From the NCBI GenBank assembly GCA_963782115.1, contig CAWAIK010000001.1:224001-288000 (forward strand): 64,000 nucleotides of DNA, in the 5' to 3' direction. Each line of letters opens with the position of its first letter. Within the stretch, counting starts at the first letter, position 1. The position numbers and the translations under genes were made by a program. The notes beneath the pieces are model-generated. The model saw only the letters and a program-made list of their open reading frames with translations. It did no database searches and was not told where the DNA came from. Origin of the DNA: an uncultured Verrucomicrobiae bacterium (GTDB lineage: Bacteria > Verrucomicrobiota > Verrucomicrobiia > Chthoniobacterales > JAFAMB01). Shown here one piece after another: positions 27,919-37,330 of the stretch.

Positions 27919-28101
27919 AGGGGCGCCGACACACGGCGTCCCTACCCTATCGGCAGATAGGCGGGACAATCCTGGGATAAAAGGGGTAATCAAACGACCG
28001 GTTCGCCCGCAGCAGTAAGTAAGGCGTCCCGCCTTACCCTCTTTCGCAAGCTAACCGTCCCGGTTTGCCCGCAGCAGTAAGTAAGGCGTCTCGCCTTACC
28101 C
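27919..28101. repeat. Cluster of REP-like palindromes including a 42-bp direct repeat
   Basis: CCGGTTYGCCCGCAGCAGTAAGTAAGGCGTCYCGCCTTACCC at 27998-28039 and 28060-28101 (40/42), each holding a GTAAGGCG-N3-CGCCTTAC hairpin. A GGTAG-led hairpin lies on the minus strand at about 27919-27946. Confidence 0.7.
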
Positions 28102-28198
28102 CGCGCCCTGAATAGTTCTCGGAAAGTCCAAACTCCAGACGGCGCCTCGGGGCCGTGAAACAACCCAAACCGCCCTTAACTTAGAAGCACCATTCCTG

Positions 28199-28363
28199 TC
28201 AGTCCTCTACGAACTCGCGCAGCCGGCCAAGAGCGTCGTTCCACTGCTTTGAGATCAGGTCGAGGTATCGGCGCGCCTCTTCAAGGCTCTGCTGATCAAT
28301 TTGCCAAAAGCTCTCGCGCCCGTAGCGCGTGCTATGGACGAGACGCGCTGCCTCCATCACGCG
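28199..28363 (-). pseudogene. C-terminal remnant of an ArsR/SmtB-family regulator
   Basis: RVMEAARLVHSTRYGRESFWQIDQQSLEEARRYLDLISKQWNDALGRLREFVED*. The HTH N-terminus is missing and the SDR 3' end overlaps it. Confidence 0.7.
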
Positions 28364-29180
28364 ACAGGACACTACGATCGGCCAAGCCGAATTGTCGACG
28401 CAGACCAAGTTCGAACAAGGCTCTGGGAAGAAGTGTGCGAAGGATCCGAGCCTGCCGAGCGCCTCGCCCGACGAGTACCTTGACATTCGGATCTTTTTCC
28501 GTTGCCGCCTGCACAACGGCTTCTGCAACCTTCACAGGATCATCACCGTTTTCAACGCTAAGTCGCATCTTCTCGACAATTCGAGTTCGCACGCCTTCGT
28601 AAACATCCTTCAGCAACGATCCCACGGACGAATTGCGATCGATGTCCGTGCGAAAAAAACCTGGTTGTATCAAAATCGCGCGGATCCCGAACGGGCGCAC
28701 TTCGAGGTCCAAAGTCTCCGTCCAACCAGCGAGCGCATGCTTGGTGGCAGCGTATACCGCCTGGAAAGGCATAGGTACAAAACCGGCGACCGAACCGATG
28801 TTCACAATCCGTCCAGCAACCTGCTGACGCATCGTGGGAAGAACTGCTTGGGTCGTTCGCACAACACCGAAAAAATTTGTTTCGAAGACTGTCATGACCT
28901 GAGCGAGGCTCAACTCCTCAATCGCGCCATAGACGCTAATCCCGGCATTGTTCACCAAAACGTCGATTCGTTTAGCCTTAGACAATAGTGACTCAACGCA
29001 CTGCGCGCCCGATCTCTCGTCCTGAACGTCAAGCGGCAATAACATCCCGGGCGCCCACTGAACAGATTCCGGATGCCGTGCCGTGCCGAAGACCCGATCA
29101 CCGCGTTGGGCAAACTTTTCCGCGATCGCTTTTCCAATCCCCCGCGAGGCACCTGTGACTAAAACGACTCGTTCTTTCAT
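28332..29180 (-). CDS. SDR family oxidoreductase
   Basis: TGASRGIG, NNAG, YAATK. Confidence 0.9.
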   Translation of the reverse strand: MKERVVLVTGASRGIGKAIAEKFAQRGDRVFGTARHPESVQWAPGMLLPLDVQDERSGAQCVESLLSKAKRIDVLVNNAGISVYGAIEELSLAQVMTVFETNFFGVVRTTQAVLPTMRQQVAGRIVNIGSVAGFVPMPFQAVYAATKHALAGWTETLDLEVRPFGIRAILIQPGFFRTDIDRNSSVGSLLKDVYEGVRTRIVEKMRLSVENGDDPVKVAEAVVQAATEKDPNVKVLVGRGARQARILRTLLPRALFELGLRRQFGLADRSVLSRDGGSASRP

Positions 29181-29218
29181 TGGAGGTCGGTTTTAGAATT
29201 TAGCTCAACTTCTAGCGA

Positions 29219-29926
29219 TTAAAATACATCGTCGAGCCAACGCCGCCAGACCTGGCTAGCTACAATTTCCAGTTCCGGACCGAAAGTATGACTCTCTTCA
29301 CGCAATTGCCGCACGCAAATGCCCGCTTGCGCCAACTCGCTAGCATGGCCAACATACCAGCGCTCAAGTCCTTGGACCGTCACTTCGAGATGAAACTGGA
29401 GGGCCAGCGCATAGCTTCCCATCACAAATCCTTGGTTAGCATAGTGAGCTGTGCCCGCCAGGTGGGTGGCTCCGGCAGGTAAGTCAAATGTATCACCATG
29501 CCAATGTAGGACGTGCAATTCAGGCCTGAGTAAGGCTCCAAACCATGGCGGAATGCTCAAGCTCGAACCTGCATGGATTGGTGCCCAGCCCAGTTCCTTG
29601 CCATGCGTTCCGGGATAGACACGCGCCCCCAAGGCCGCCGCCATCAACTGCGCACCCAGACAAATACCTAACGTCGGGAGTTTTGCGGCAAGCCGCGAGC
29701 GCAGCAATTCGATTTCGACTTGGATGAAGGGATAGGCGTCGCCCTCATAAACCCCGACTGGGCCGCCCAGCACGACCATGAGGTCAGGGTCGTAGGCATC
29801 GATTGCACGCAAGTTGGCGGTGCAAGCATCGATTACTCGAACGTTGAAGCCAGCATGCGTTAGTTCGATGCCGAGTGATCCCAAGTCTTCAAACGCGACG
29901 TGGGTGATGACCAGCGTGGTGCGCAT
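29219..29926 (-). CDS. Class I glutamine amidotransferase (stand-alone, GMP-synthase-like)
   Basis: LGGP, LGICLGAQ (catalytic Cys), HWHGD, LQFHLE. Confidence 0.88.
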   Translation of the reverse strand: MRTTLVITHVAFEDLGSLGIELTHAGFNVRVIDACTANLRAIDAYDPDLMVVLGGPVGVYEGDAYPFIQVEIELLRSRLAAKLPTLGICLGAQLMAAALGARVYPGTHGKELGWAPIHAGSSLSIPPWFGALLRPELHVLHWHGDTFDLPAGATHLAGTAHYANQGFVMGSYALALQFHLEVTVQGLERWYVGHASELAQAGICVRQLREESHTFGPELEIVASQVWRRWLDDVF

Positions 29927-30022
29927 GTGCTTTCCTGTTCATTCTGACCGGGCAGTCGCTGTGTGTGCGATAGGTTAGACACGATTCGAGGCATACGCAC
30001 TGGGGTCGAAACCCTCCGGACT

Positions 30023-31575
30023 GGGTCTTTCGTTCCATTTACGATCATTCATGGATGCTCTACCGGTAAGACCATGCAATTAAAATCGAACGCGAGTGAA
30101 AGTTAAGCCTCTAATTGCGCTCGAAATTTGGGAATTACCCGCTTCGTTACACGGAGGAAGGCACCTTCGGAACACCAAACCATATTCAACAAGCGATGAA
30201 GTTTACACCGCGAGAATTGCAAGTCGCGCCCGGCGCTCCACCTGCGCCGCGCATAGATGAAGCCACAACAGCTTTGGAGGTAACCCACGCCCCGTCCGCG
30301 TGCGCCCTCGACTTTTTTGAGGCCCTTGATCAAACGCGCACTGCCGTTGGCTAAGGCGGCGGCGATGTATTTTCTTGCCAGCGCTTCAGCGCGCTCCCCG
30401 CCAGGCTGAATCGGTGCGGAGACTTCGGTGGGGTGTTTGCCGATCACCTCTTCCAACCTGAAGACGTAACCAACTTGGATTCGCCTCGAATATTCCATTT
30501 TCGTCATGCAAAACAACCGCCTGACTGGTGCCTTCAAACAGCGCGCGAAACTTTCCTTCCGATTCGCGCAATAGATGTTCCGACCGCGCGCGATTCGATT
30601 CTTCCAGCGCCAGCGAAACCATTGACGCGAGCGCTGAAACAAAGTCAATCTCCTCCGCCGACCAATCGCGAGGTGGGCCGGTATGCTCGTGGCAAAGAAC
30701 ACCGACGACCTCGCCGCAAACCCAAACGGGTGCGTCGAGCATGGAAGAAATGCCGAGCGGCTTGAGGTAATTTTCCGCCAAGCCGCTCGTGGCCGGGTGG
30801 GTCAATACGCGGTCGGCAACGATGGGCCGTTTGGCGGCTAACGCCTCAAAATAGGCGGGACAATCAGAGAAGCCCAGCCGAGTTCCAGCAGCACGTCGCG
30901 GTGTATCTGTACCTGCTCGCCGTGTTCGCGCAACTGTTCTTCAGCGTGCTTGAGTTGCTCGTTCGATCGCACGAGTTCGATCGTGCGCTCGGCCACTCGC
31001 TTCTCAAGCGAGGCGTTGAGCTGACGAATTTCGCTCTCCGCCCGCTTGCGCTCCTCGCGCGTGCGGAGCGCCATTACTCCATACGCCAGGTTGTTCGCTA
31101 AATCTGTATATTGCTCGATCGCACTTTCAGTGAAGGCAATTTGTCAGGTGGGGTTTGCGCTCCTGTGCGATCAGGCCAATCCTGAGTTTGCCAACGGGCA
31201 CGCGGGCGTGTTCGCCGTCCAAGCGGGTATCAAGACCCGCACTGGCCTGCAACTCCAGGACATTCTGTCGGTCATTGAGCGTCCAAATGCGAGCGAAAGC
31301 CCCGTCGAGGTGACGCACGATGGCCGATGCGCTGCGCTGCAGGATAGTTTGCAATGAGCTGTCGGTCCCGCTCGAGAACGCCGCATGAATATCTGCACGC
31401 AGCGCCCCTTGGCGCGCGCGCCTCGCCTGTAGTTCTTCGGCCCGTTTCAATTCCGTAATGTCTGTCGCGATGCCGCAAACCGCGTACGGTTTGGCTGTGC
31501 GGTCCCGCAGCAGAAATTTAACCTGGGCTTGTCGATAGAGCATCCACCGATAATCGTAAATGGAACCAAAGACCC
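30023..31575. repeat. 43-bp inverted repeat pair (30023-30065 and 31533-31575)
   Basis: CGGTAGAGCATCCATGAATGATCGTAAATGGAACGAAAGACCC (minus strand) versus CGATAGAGCATCCACCGATAATCGTAAATGGAACCAAAGACCC (plus strand), 37/43 identical. Confidence 0.75.
30330..31520 (-). pseudogene. Fragmented PAS/GAF sensor histidine kinase remnant
   Basis: Collinear pieces in different frames: PAC (GIATDITELKRAEE) plus GAF; coiled coil (LEKRVAERT); GAF (SMLDAPVW...VLCHEH); PAS (FRALFE...VIGKHP). No kinase core. Confidence 0.8.
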
Positions 31576-31614
31576 GCTACTGCCACGATCGCCCTTTACC
31601 ACAGGACGACAACC

Positions 31615-33018
31615 ATGAACACCAAGGATCTCATCCGCCTCGGCGTGCCTGCGGGCAAACCGATCCAGCTTGCGCACGAGTTCATCCAGAAATTCATGGC
31701 ACAGGGCAACGACGGCGCGCAGTTGGAGGTCGAGATTTTCAACATTGTCGCGGATCCGCCCGCGTTCTTCGCAGACGAGCTGCGGGCGCAGCTGGCTCGC
31801 GCGATCTATCGCCCGGTCTTTCCGGGGCGTCTGGAACTCGCGCCGTGGCGCCAATGGGGCGAAGGACTCGAAGCTGAGGCGGTGAAGCAGATGACCAATG
31901 CGTGTGCGTTACCGGTTGCCGTGGCGGGCGCGCTCATGCCTGATGCACACGTGGGCTACGGACTGCCGATCGGCGGCGTGCTCGCGACTGACAACGCGGT
32001 GATTCCTTACGCCGTCGGCGTGGACATCGCGTGTCGAATGAAGCTGACCGTCTATGACCTCAAGGCGAGCTCCCTCGCCGGCCAGCGCGACCGACTTGCG
32101 AACATCCTTGAAAGCGAGACCCGTTTCGGCACGGGCTGCGAGTTCATGCAGCGTCGCGAGCACGAGGTGATGGACGAAGACTGGAGGGTGTCGCCCGTGA
32201 CCCAGCGGCTGCGCGATAAGGCGTGGGCACAGCTCGGCACCAGCGGAAGCGGCAACCACTTCGTCGAGTTCGGCGCGTTCACCGTGGAGGCGGAGCCGGC
32301 GCGGATGCTCCGCCTCCAGCCGGGTGAATACCTTGCGCTCCTCTCGCACTCGGGTTCGCGCGGTACGGGCGCGCAGGTGTGCGAATACTACAGGAAACGC
32401 GCGATGGCCCGCCACCTGCACTTGTCGAAGGAACTCAAGCACCTTGCATGGCTTTCGCTCACAGAAGCCGACGGCCAGGAATATTGGGCCGCAATGAGCT
32501 TGATGGGCCGTTACGCCGCGGCCAACCACGCGCTCATCCACCGCCACATCGCGCGCAGGCTCGGCACGGAAATGATCCTCGACATCGAAAACCATCACAA
32601 CTTCGCGTGGAAAGAAACCCACGAAGTGAGCGGCGAGGAACGCGAAGTTATCGTGCATCGGAAGGGCGCGACGCCCGCGAGCGCCGGCATTCTCGGGATC
32701 ATCCCCGGATCGATGGCTTCGCCCGGATACGTCGTGCGCGGCAAGGGTTCGGCCGAGTCGCTGCACTCGGCGTCGCACGGTGCTGGCCGCCTGATGAGTC
32801 GTACGAAAGCGATGCACTCCTTCACCTGGAGCGGGACCAGGAAGCTGCTGGCGGAGCGTGGCGTCGAGCTTCTCTCCGCCGGCCTCGATGAAGTGCCGGG
32901 TGTCTACAAGGATATCCACGCCGTCATGGCGGCGCAGACCGATCTGGTCGAAGTCCTCGGCCAGTTCGACCCGAAGCTCGTGAAGATGTGCCCGGCAGGA
33001 GACCGCGCCGAAGATTGA
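31615..33018 (+). CDS. rtcB: RtcB family RNA ligase
   Basis: MPDAHVGYGLPIGG, VGVDIAC, LGTSGSGNHF, HSGSRG, HHN, HRKGAT, HGAGR. Confidence 0.93.
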   Translation: MNTKDLIRLGVPAGKPIQLAHEFIQKFMAQGNDGAQLEVEIFNIVADPPAFFADELRAQLARAIYRPVFPGRLELAPWRQWGEGLEAEAVKQMTNACALPVAVAGALMPDAHVGYGLPIGGVLATDNAVIPYAVGVDIACRMKLTVYDLKASSLAGQRDRLANILESETRFGTGCEFMQRREHEVMDEDWRVSPVTQRLRDKAWAQLGTSGSGNHFVEFGAFTVEAEPARMLRLQPGEYLALLSHSGSRGTGAQVCEYYRKRAMARHLHLSKELKHLAWLSLTEADGQEYWAAMSLMGRYAAANHALIHRHIARRLGTEMILDIENHHNFAWKETHEVSGEEREVIVHRKGATPASAGILGIIPGSMASPGYVVRGKGSAESLHSASHGAGRLMSRTKAMHSFTWSGTRKLLAERGVELLSAGLDEVPGVYKDIHAVMAAQTDLVEVLGQFDPKLVKMCPAGDRAED

Positions 33019-33178
33019 GATCGCGTCTGCTTGAGCGCCCGACCAGAACCCACTGGCGGGTGGCGGAGAATCAGCACCAAACAATTCGGAATTAAAAATA
33101 TTGAGAGTGTGACTTTGGGATGCAGACCTGAGACAATCGCGGAACTCGAGCCACCATCCCCCAAAGCCAGGTTTTGCT

Positions 33179-33982
33179 ATGCGCGGAAATTTATTGAGAA
33201 CTTTGTGGCAACAGGATTCATACGCAGTCAACGGCTGGCTAGGTCTGCCTGCGACTTTCTCTGCTGAAGTGATGGCCCACCAAGGATGGGACTCGCTGAC
33301 GATCGATCTACAGCACGGCCTGATCGACTATCAGAGTGCGGTCGGCATGCTCCAGGCGATCTCGACAACCCGGACGGTGCCGCTCGTACGGGTTCCATGG
33401 CTGGATCCGGCTATCATCATGAAAGTCCTCGATGCGGGTGCCTACGGTGTGATTTGTCCGATGATCAATTCTGCCGCGGAAGCGCGCGAGTTTGTGGCTG
33501 CCTGTCGCTACCCGCCCGAAGGCATACGAAGCTGTGGTCCGATTCGGGCGAACGTCTATGCCGGGCCTGATTACGTAGCCAACGCGAATCGAACCCTCCT
33601 TACTATGGCAATGATAGAGACCCGCGGAGGACTTGATAATCTTGATGAGATTCTTTCGGTCGAAGGACTGGACGCAATATATGTCGGCCCGGCGGATCTG
33701 GCGATGGCGCTTGGATGCGAACCGCAGCTTGATCCGACTAAAGAAGAAGTCATCAAAGCCATTGAGTACATCGTAACTCGGGCGCGGGAGAAAAAAATTG
33801 TGGCGGGAATTCATACGGCTTCCACAGCCAATGCGCAAAAGATGATTCGGCAAGGGTTCCAATTCGTTACCGTCAGCACCGATGTCCGTCTGCTGGTAGA
33901 CAAGGTTTCGGAAGTCTTGGAGACCATGGGACGCGGTTCTTTCGGAGCCAAAGCAAACTCAGCGCAGCGCGGACCATACTGA
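33179..33982 (+). CDS. HpcH/HpaI aldolase family protein
   Basis: IDLQHG, LVRVP, LDAGAYGVICPM, MIET, YVGPADL. Confidence 0.88.
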   Translation: MRGNLLRTLWQQDSYAVNGWLGLPATFSAEVMAHQGWDSLTIDLQHGLIDYQSAVGMLQAISTTRTVPLVRVPWLDPAIIMKVLDAGAYGVICPMINSAAEAREFVAACRYPPEGIRSCGPIRANVYAGPDYVANANRTLLTMAMIETRGGLDNLDEILSVEGLDAIYVGPADLAMALGCEPQLDPTKEEVIKAIEYIVTRAREKKIVAGIHTASTANAQKMIRQGFQFVTVSTDVRLLVDKVSEVLETMGRGSFGAKANSAQRGPY

Positions 33983-33997
33983 CTAATCCGCCGCACC

Positions 33998-34969
33998 ATG
34001 CCTAAAGTATTAGTGACCGACGGGCTTCGGCAGGTTGGGCTCGATATCCTGACTCAACACCAGGATGTCGTAATAGAGAGTTGTGAGAATCGAGCCAGCG
34101 AGGAAGATCTGATTGCTCGGGTGGTTGACGTCGATGCTATTCTGGTTGGTACAACACCGATCACTGGAAGGATCATAGACGCAGGACGAGTACTAAAAGT
34201 GGTTTCGAGACGCGGTGTGGGCTACGACAATATCGACCTTGCAGCTTTGCGCCGACGCAAGATTCCGCTCATGATCGTCGGTTCGGCCAATGCTTCCACG
34301 GTGGCCGAGCATACCCTCTGTTTCATACTCGCCCTGGCTAAACAGGCGATTGCCTACGACCGCGCGACCAGGGCTGGTAATTGGCGATTTCGAGAGAGCC
34401 TGCTGGCGGTGGATTTGCTCGGGAAGACATTGTTGCTGGTCGGTTTCGGCCGCGTTGGCCGCGCTGTCGCCGTTCGCGCGTCGGCTTTTGGCATGCGTGT
34501 GGTGGTTTATGATCCATTGGTTTCGGAGGAGGTATTCGGTGAATTTCGGGTTGAGCCCGTCATCGATCTTCTACACGGGTTGGCAATCTGTGATTTCTTA
34601 AGTGTGCATGTGCCGTTGGTCCATCAGACTGCGGGCCTGATCGGCCATCGAGAGCTCGCGGCGATGAAGCCGACTGCATTCGTAATTTCTACCGCACGCG
34701 GCGGTGTGGTTGACGAGGATGATCTGGTAAACGCCTTACGGATGGGGTTGATTCGAGGGGCTGGACTGGACGTGTTCAATGAGGAGCCACTCCCGCCGAA
34801 TCATCCGTTGACTGAATTGGAAAATGTAATCTTATCGCCGCACGTGGCGGCGCTCACGGAAGAATGCGCACAGCGAATGGACCAAGTGGCAGCCAGGAAC
34901 TGTCTTGACGCCCTTGAAGGGAAGCTGGATCCCGCACTGATTGTGCCAAATGAATCCTTCGGTCCGTAA
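33998..34969 (+). CDS. D-isomer-specific 2-hydroxyacid dehydrogenase (SerA-like, no ACT domain)
   Basis: GVGYDNID, GFGRVG, ARGGVVDE, LDVFNEEP, SPHVA. Confidence 0.9.
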   Translation: MPKVLVTDGLRQVGLDILTQHQDVVIESCENRASEEDLIARVVDVDAILVGTTPITGRIIDAGRVLKVVSRRGVGYDNIDLAALRRRKIPLMIVGSANASTVAEHTLCFILALAKQAIAYDRATRAGNWRFRESLLAVDLLGKTLLLVGFGRVGRAVAVRASAFGMRVVVYDPLVSEEVFGEFRVEPVIDLLHGLAICDFLSVHVPLVHQTAGLIGHRELAAMKPTAFVISTARGGVVDEDDLVNALRMGLIRGAGLDVFNEEPLPPNHPLTELENVILSPHVAALTEECAQRMDQVAARNCLDALEGKLDPALIVPNESFGP

Positions 34970-35141
34970 CTGGGACAAACATTCCTTCCGATTGTCTGAT
35001 GGGAAGGCTTCTAAAAATTCGTGAATGGCTCCGTGCGCCCAGCCATTGGGACAATCAATTCTTATCGCTGGTGCATCGTTCACGGATCCTCGGGTCAGGC
35101 CTGGCCTCGCCCGTCTTACGAGGCATCAGGGCGGATGGTCT

Positions 35142-36971
35142 TCAGGCGTAAACCAGGAAATGAATTTCTTCTGGCAAAATGGTGGAAATGTTACTGATGA
35201 TGTTACCCCGAAGCAGATTGAGGAGAGCGCTCCGTTGCGGCGCGCCGACAATGAGATGCGACGCACCTACGGTTGCAGCAATGTCCACGATGGTGTCCGC
35301 CGTTGAGTCACTCACCGCATAACAAGGCAAAAGCCGAAGACCCTCGGCTTTTTCGCTCGCATACCTGAAAATCGAGGTAGCTTCGTCATCTTCAGTCCAT
35401 TTTCGTCTGCGGTCGCCGGGAGCGATCACGGGTTGTTCGCGCACAAATAAGAGATAAAGCGGGCGATCTGTTTCCCTCGCCGCCTCGATCGCATAGTCCA
35501 AGGTACGTCCGATTCCGCGAACCGCACAAAGGATCGGGGAGCCTGTGGGTTCTCGAGCCGACGGACTGAATAGATCTGGAAGCGACGGGGCCTTCTTGTC
35601 TGTTGAAGCAGCCAGAGCGGCTTCAGCGGCTCTGCGTTTGGTTGCCCGCTCGGTTGCCAGGCCACGCAGCACCAGACCAATCGCAAGTATGGCAAGGGCA
35701 AATAATCGTGCGTTGGGCTTATCGAGGAAAAGGGAGATCTCTATGGCTGCCATGATTAGGAAGGTGCCAAACATCAAAACCCGTTCCCAACGCGCCAAAT
35801 CCAGTTTCCGATCGGTCGAAACCGCCCCGAGGTTCGTCGCGATGGCTCCTACGACTCCCACCGCGTAAAGATCGGCCAAGCCGGCCACGTCCCGAACCGC
35901 TATCACTAAAAGAGCCGGGACCAACGCTGCCACGAGCAATCCCAAAGTCGGAACTCCGAAGCTGTTTAACTTTTCAAAACGCTGTGGCAACTCTCCATCT
36001 CTGGACATCAAGAAGAATGTACCGACCAAGGCGACGATCGCCGTGTTCACGGCCGAGAGCAGCAGGCAACCAAAGACAATGCTCACGCACCAGGCTGCGA
36101 TTTGTCCCGCTGCAGGTCCTAGAGCCCCTCCGACGAAAACGTCGCCCATATACTTCAGCATGTAGTCGCGCACTCCGGGATTGCCAGGAGCGTCCACGTT
36201 TTCTCCCTGGATCTGCAATCCATGTAGAGCCTGCATTCCCAGGCCTAGAAGCGCAGTGAAGACGCAAACCTCTAACATCACCCAGACGATCGCACGATTC
36301 GAAGTATGCGTTACCGAAGGATGATCGTCGGTGCTGCCCTCATTGAGCTTCATCACTCCGGTAGCATTGGCAATTGCCTCGACTCCAGAGAGCGCCAGCA
36401 CGATCGATACGAATCCATTCCAGTTGTGGAGCCAGCTACCATGCAGCGGCTGCATATTGCGGATAGCCTCTCCGACATGCGGAAGAACGAAGCAGCCGAG
36501 AGAGATGACAACGATCACCGTTGGCACCGAAATCAAAAAAGCCACGCCGCTGGAGTGCTTAGGTCCAAAAAAATTCAATCCGCCAATGAGGAGAATCGTT
36601 CCTGCGGCAAAAACCTCTGGGTAAGGCCAACCGAGATATTGAAAAGCCGAAAGGGCACTGAGCGCCGCAGTGACAATATAATCGGCAATCAAGAGGAAGG
36701 CGCCGACAATGGAGATAACCTCGGATCGATGGCGAACGCTGGCGTAAACGCCCCCTCCGTCAGGATAGTGCCGGCAGATGGCCATGTAATTTACGCCGAC
36801 CAGCGCCATCAACACGCACATGGCCAGGATCAACCAGAACGAGCTGTAGCCGGCTACCGCGAAAGCCAACCCAATGACGTAGGCTTTGCTTGTGCCCCAA
36901 TCGCCGTAGAGAATCGCTGCCGCTCTAGGCGCGTCGACATTACGCGGCCTTTTGGTTTTCCCAACGATCAT
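35142..36971 (-). CDS. APC-family permease fused to a C-terminal universal stress protein domain
   Basis: YPDGGGVY, LSGVEAIAN, many TM helices. C-terminal ILCAVRG...HLIVGAPQRS...LLRGN is USP-like. Confidence 0.85.
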   Translation of the reverse strand: MIVGKTKRPRNVDAPRAAAILYGDWGTSKAYVIGLAFAVAGYSSFWLILAMCVLMALVGVNYMAICRHYPDGGGVYASVRHRSEVISIVGAFLLIADYIVTAALSALSAFQYLGWPYPEVFAAGTILLIGGLNFFGPKHSSGVAFLISVPTVIVVISLGCFVLPHVGEAIRNMQPLHGSWLHNWNGFVSIVLALSGVEAIANATGVMKLNEGSTDDHPSVTHTSNRAIVWVMLEVCVFTALLGLGMQALHGLQIQGENVDAPGNPGVRDYMLKYMGDVFVGGALGPAAGQIAAWCVSIVFGCLLLSAVNTAIVALVGTFFLMSRDGELPQRFEKLNSFGVPTLGLLVAALVPALLVIAVRDVAGLADLYAVGVVGAIATNLGAVSTDRKLDLARWERVLMFGTFLIMAAIEISLFLDKPNARLFALAILAIGLVLRGLATERATKRRAAEAALAASTDKKAPSLPDLFSPSAREPTGSPILCAVRGIGRTLDYAIEAARETDRPLYLLFVREQPVIAPGDRRRKWTEDDEATSIFRYASEKAEGLRLLPCYAVSDSTADTIVDIAATVGASHLIVGAPQRSALLNLLRGNIISNISTILPEEIHFLVYA

Positions 36972-37330
36972 TCTAGCGATCGGTCCTCATAAACCTTTGC
37001 AAAATCAGCGAACTGGAACAAATGATTCGCCGGATGAAACTTCCCAGGCGAGCATTTTTTGCACCGTGGATTAAAGAAACAAGGTTTCAAGCACGATTCG
37101 CTCTCTCCCGTTGATGATCCGGCCAATTTTTGGCGAAGGCGAATGCTTTTGCCGAGAGAATGGAAGGCAGATAGCTGCTTCGCCGCCACATGGCTATTGG
37201 CAAGTGTCCAGCCACCTTGAGCCCTTCCTCAGGGCTACCACTCACTTCTGGAAATCGAATAAAACGAAACCATCTCGTCACCCGCCGGCGAACGATGGCG
37301 CAGATAAAAGCTGTAAAGGTATAAAAGAAT

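Noticed and set aside
27998..28101. Direct repeats as a mini CRISPR array
   Set aside because: Only two copies, a 20-nt spacer and no cas genes; the internal hairpin fits a REP-like element better.
31909..33231. 440-aa ORF antisense to rtcB, and similar long antisense ORFs over the PKS, gdhA, dnaA and leuA
   Set aside because: Shadow ORFs expected in GC-rich coding DNA; no motifs.
36972..37330. c-di-AMP (ydaO) riboswitch upstream of the APC-USP transporter
   Set aside because: Conserved ydaO sequence motifs were not found by eye.
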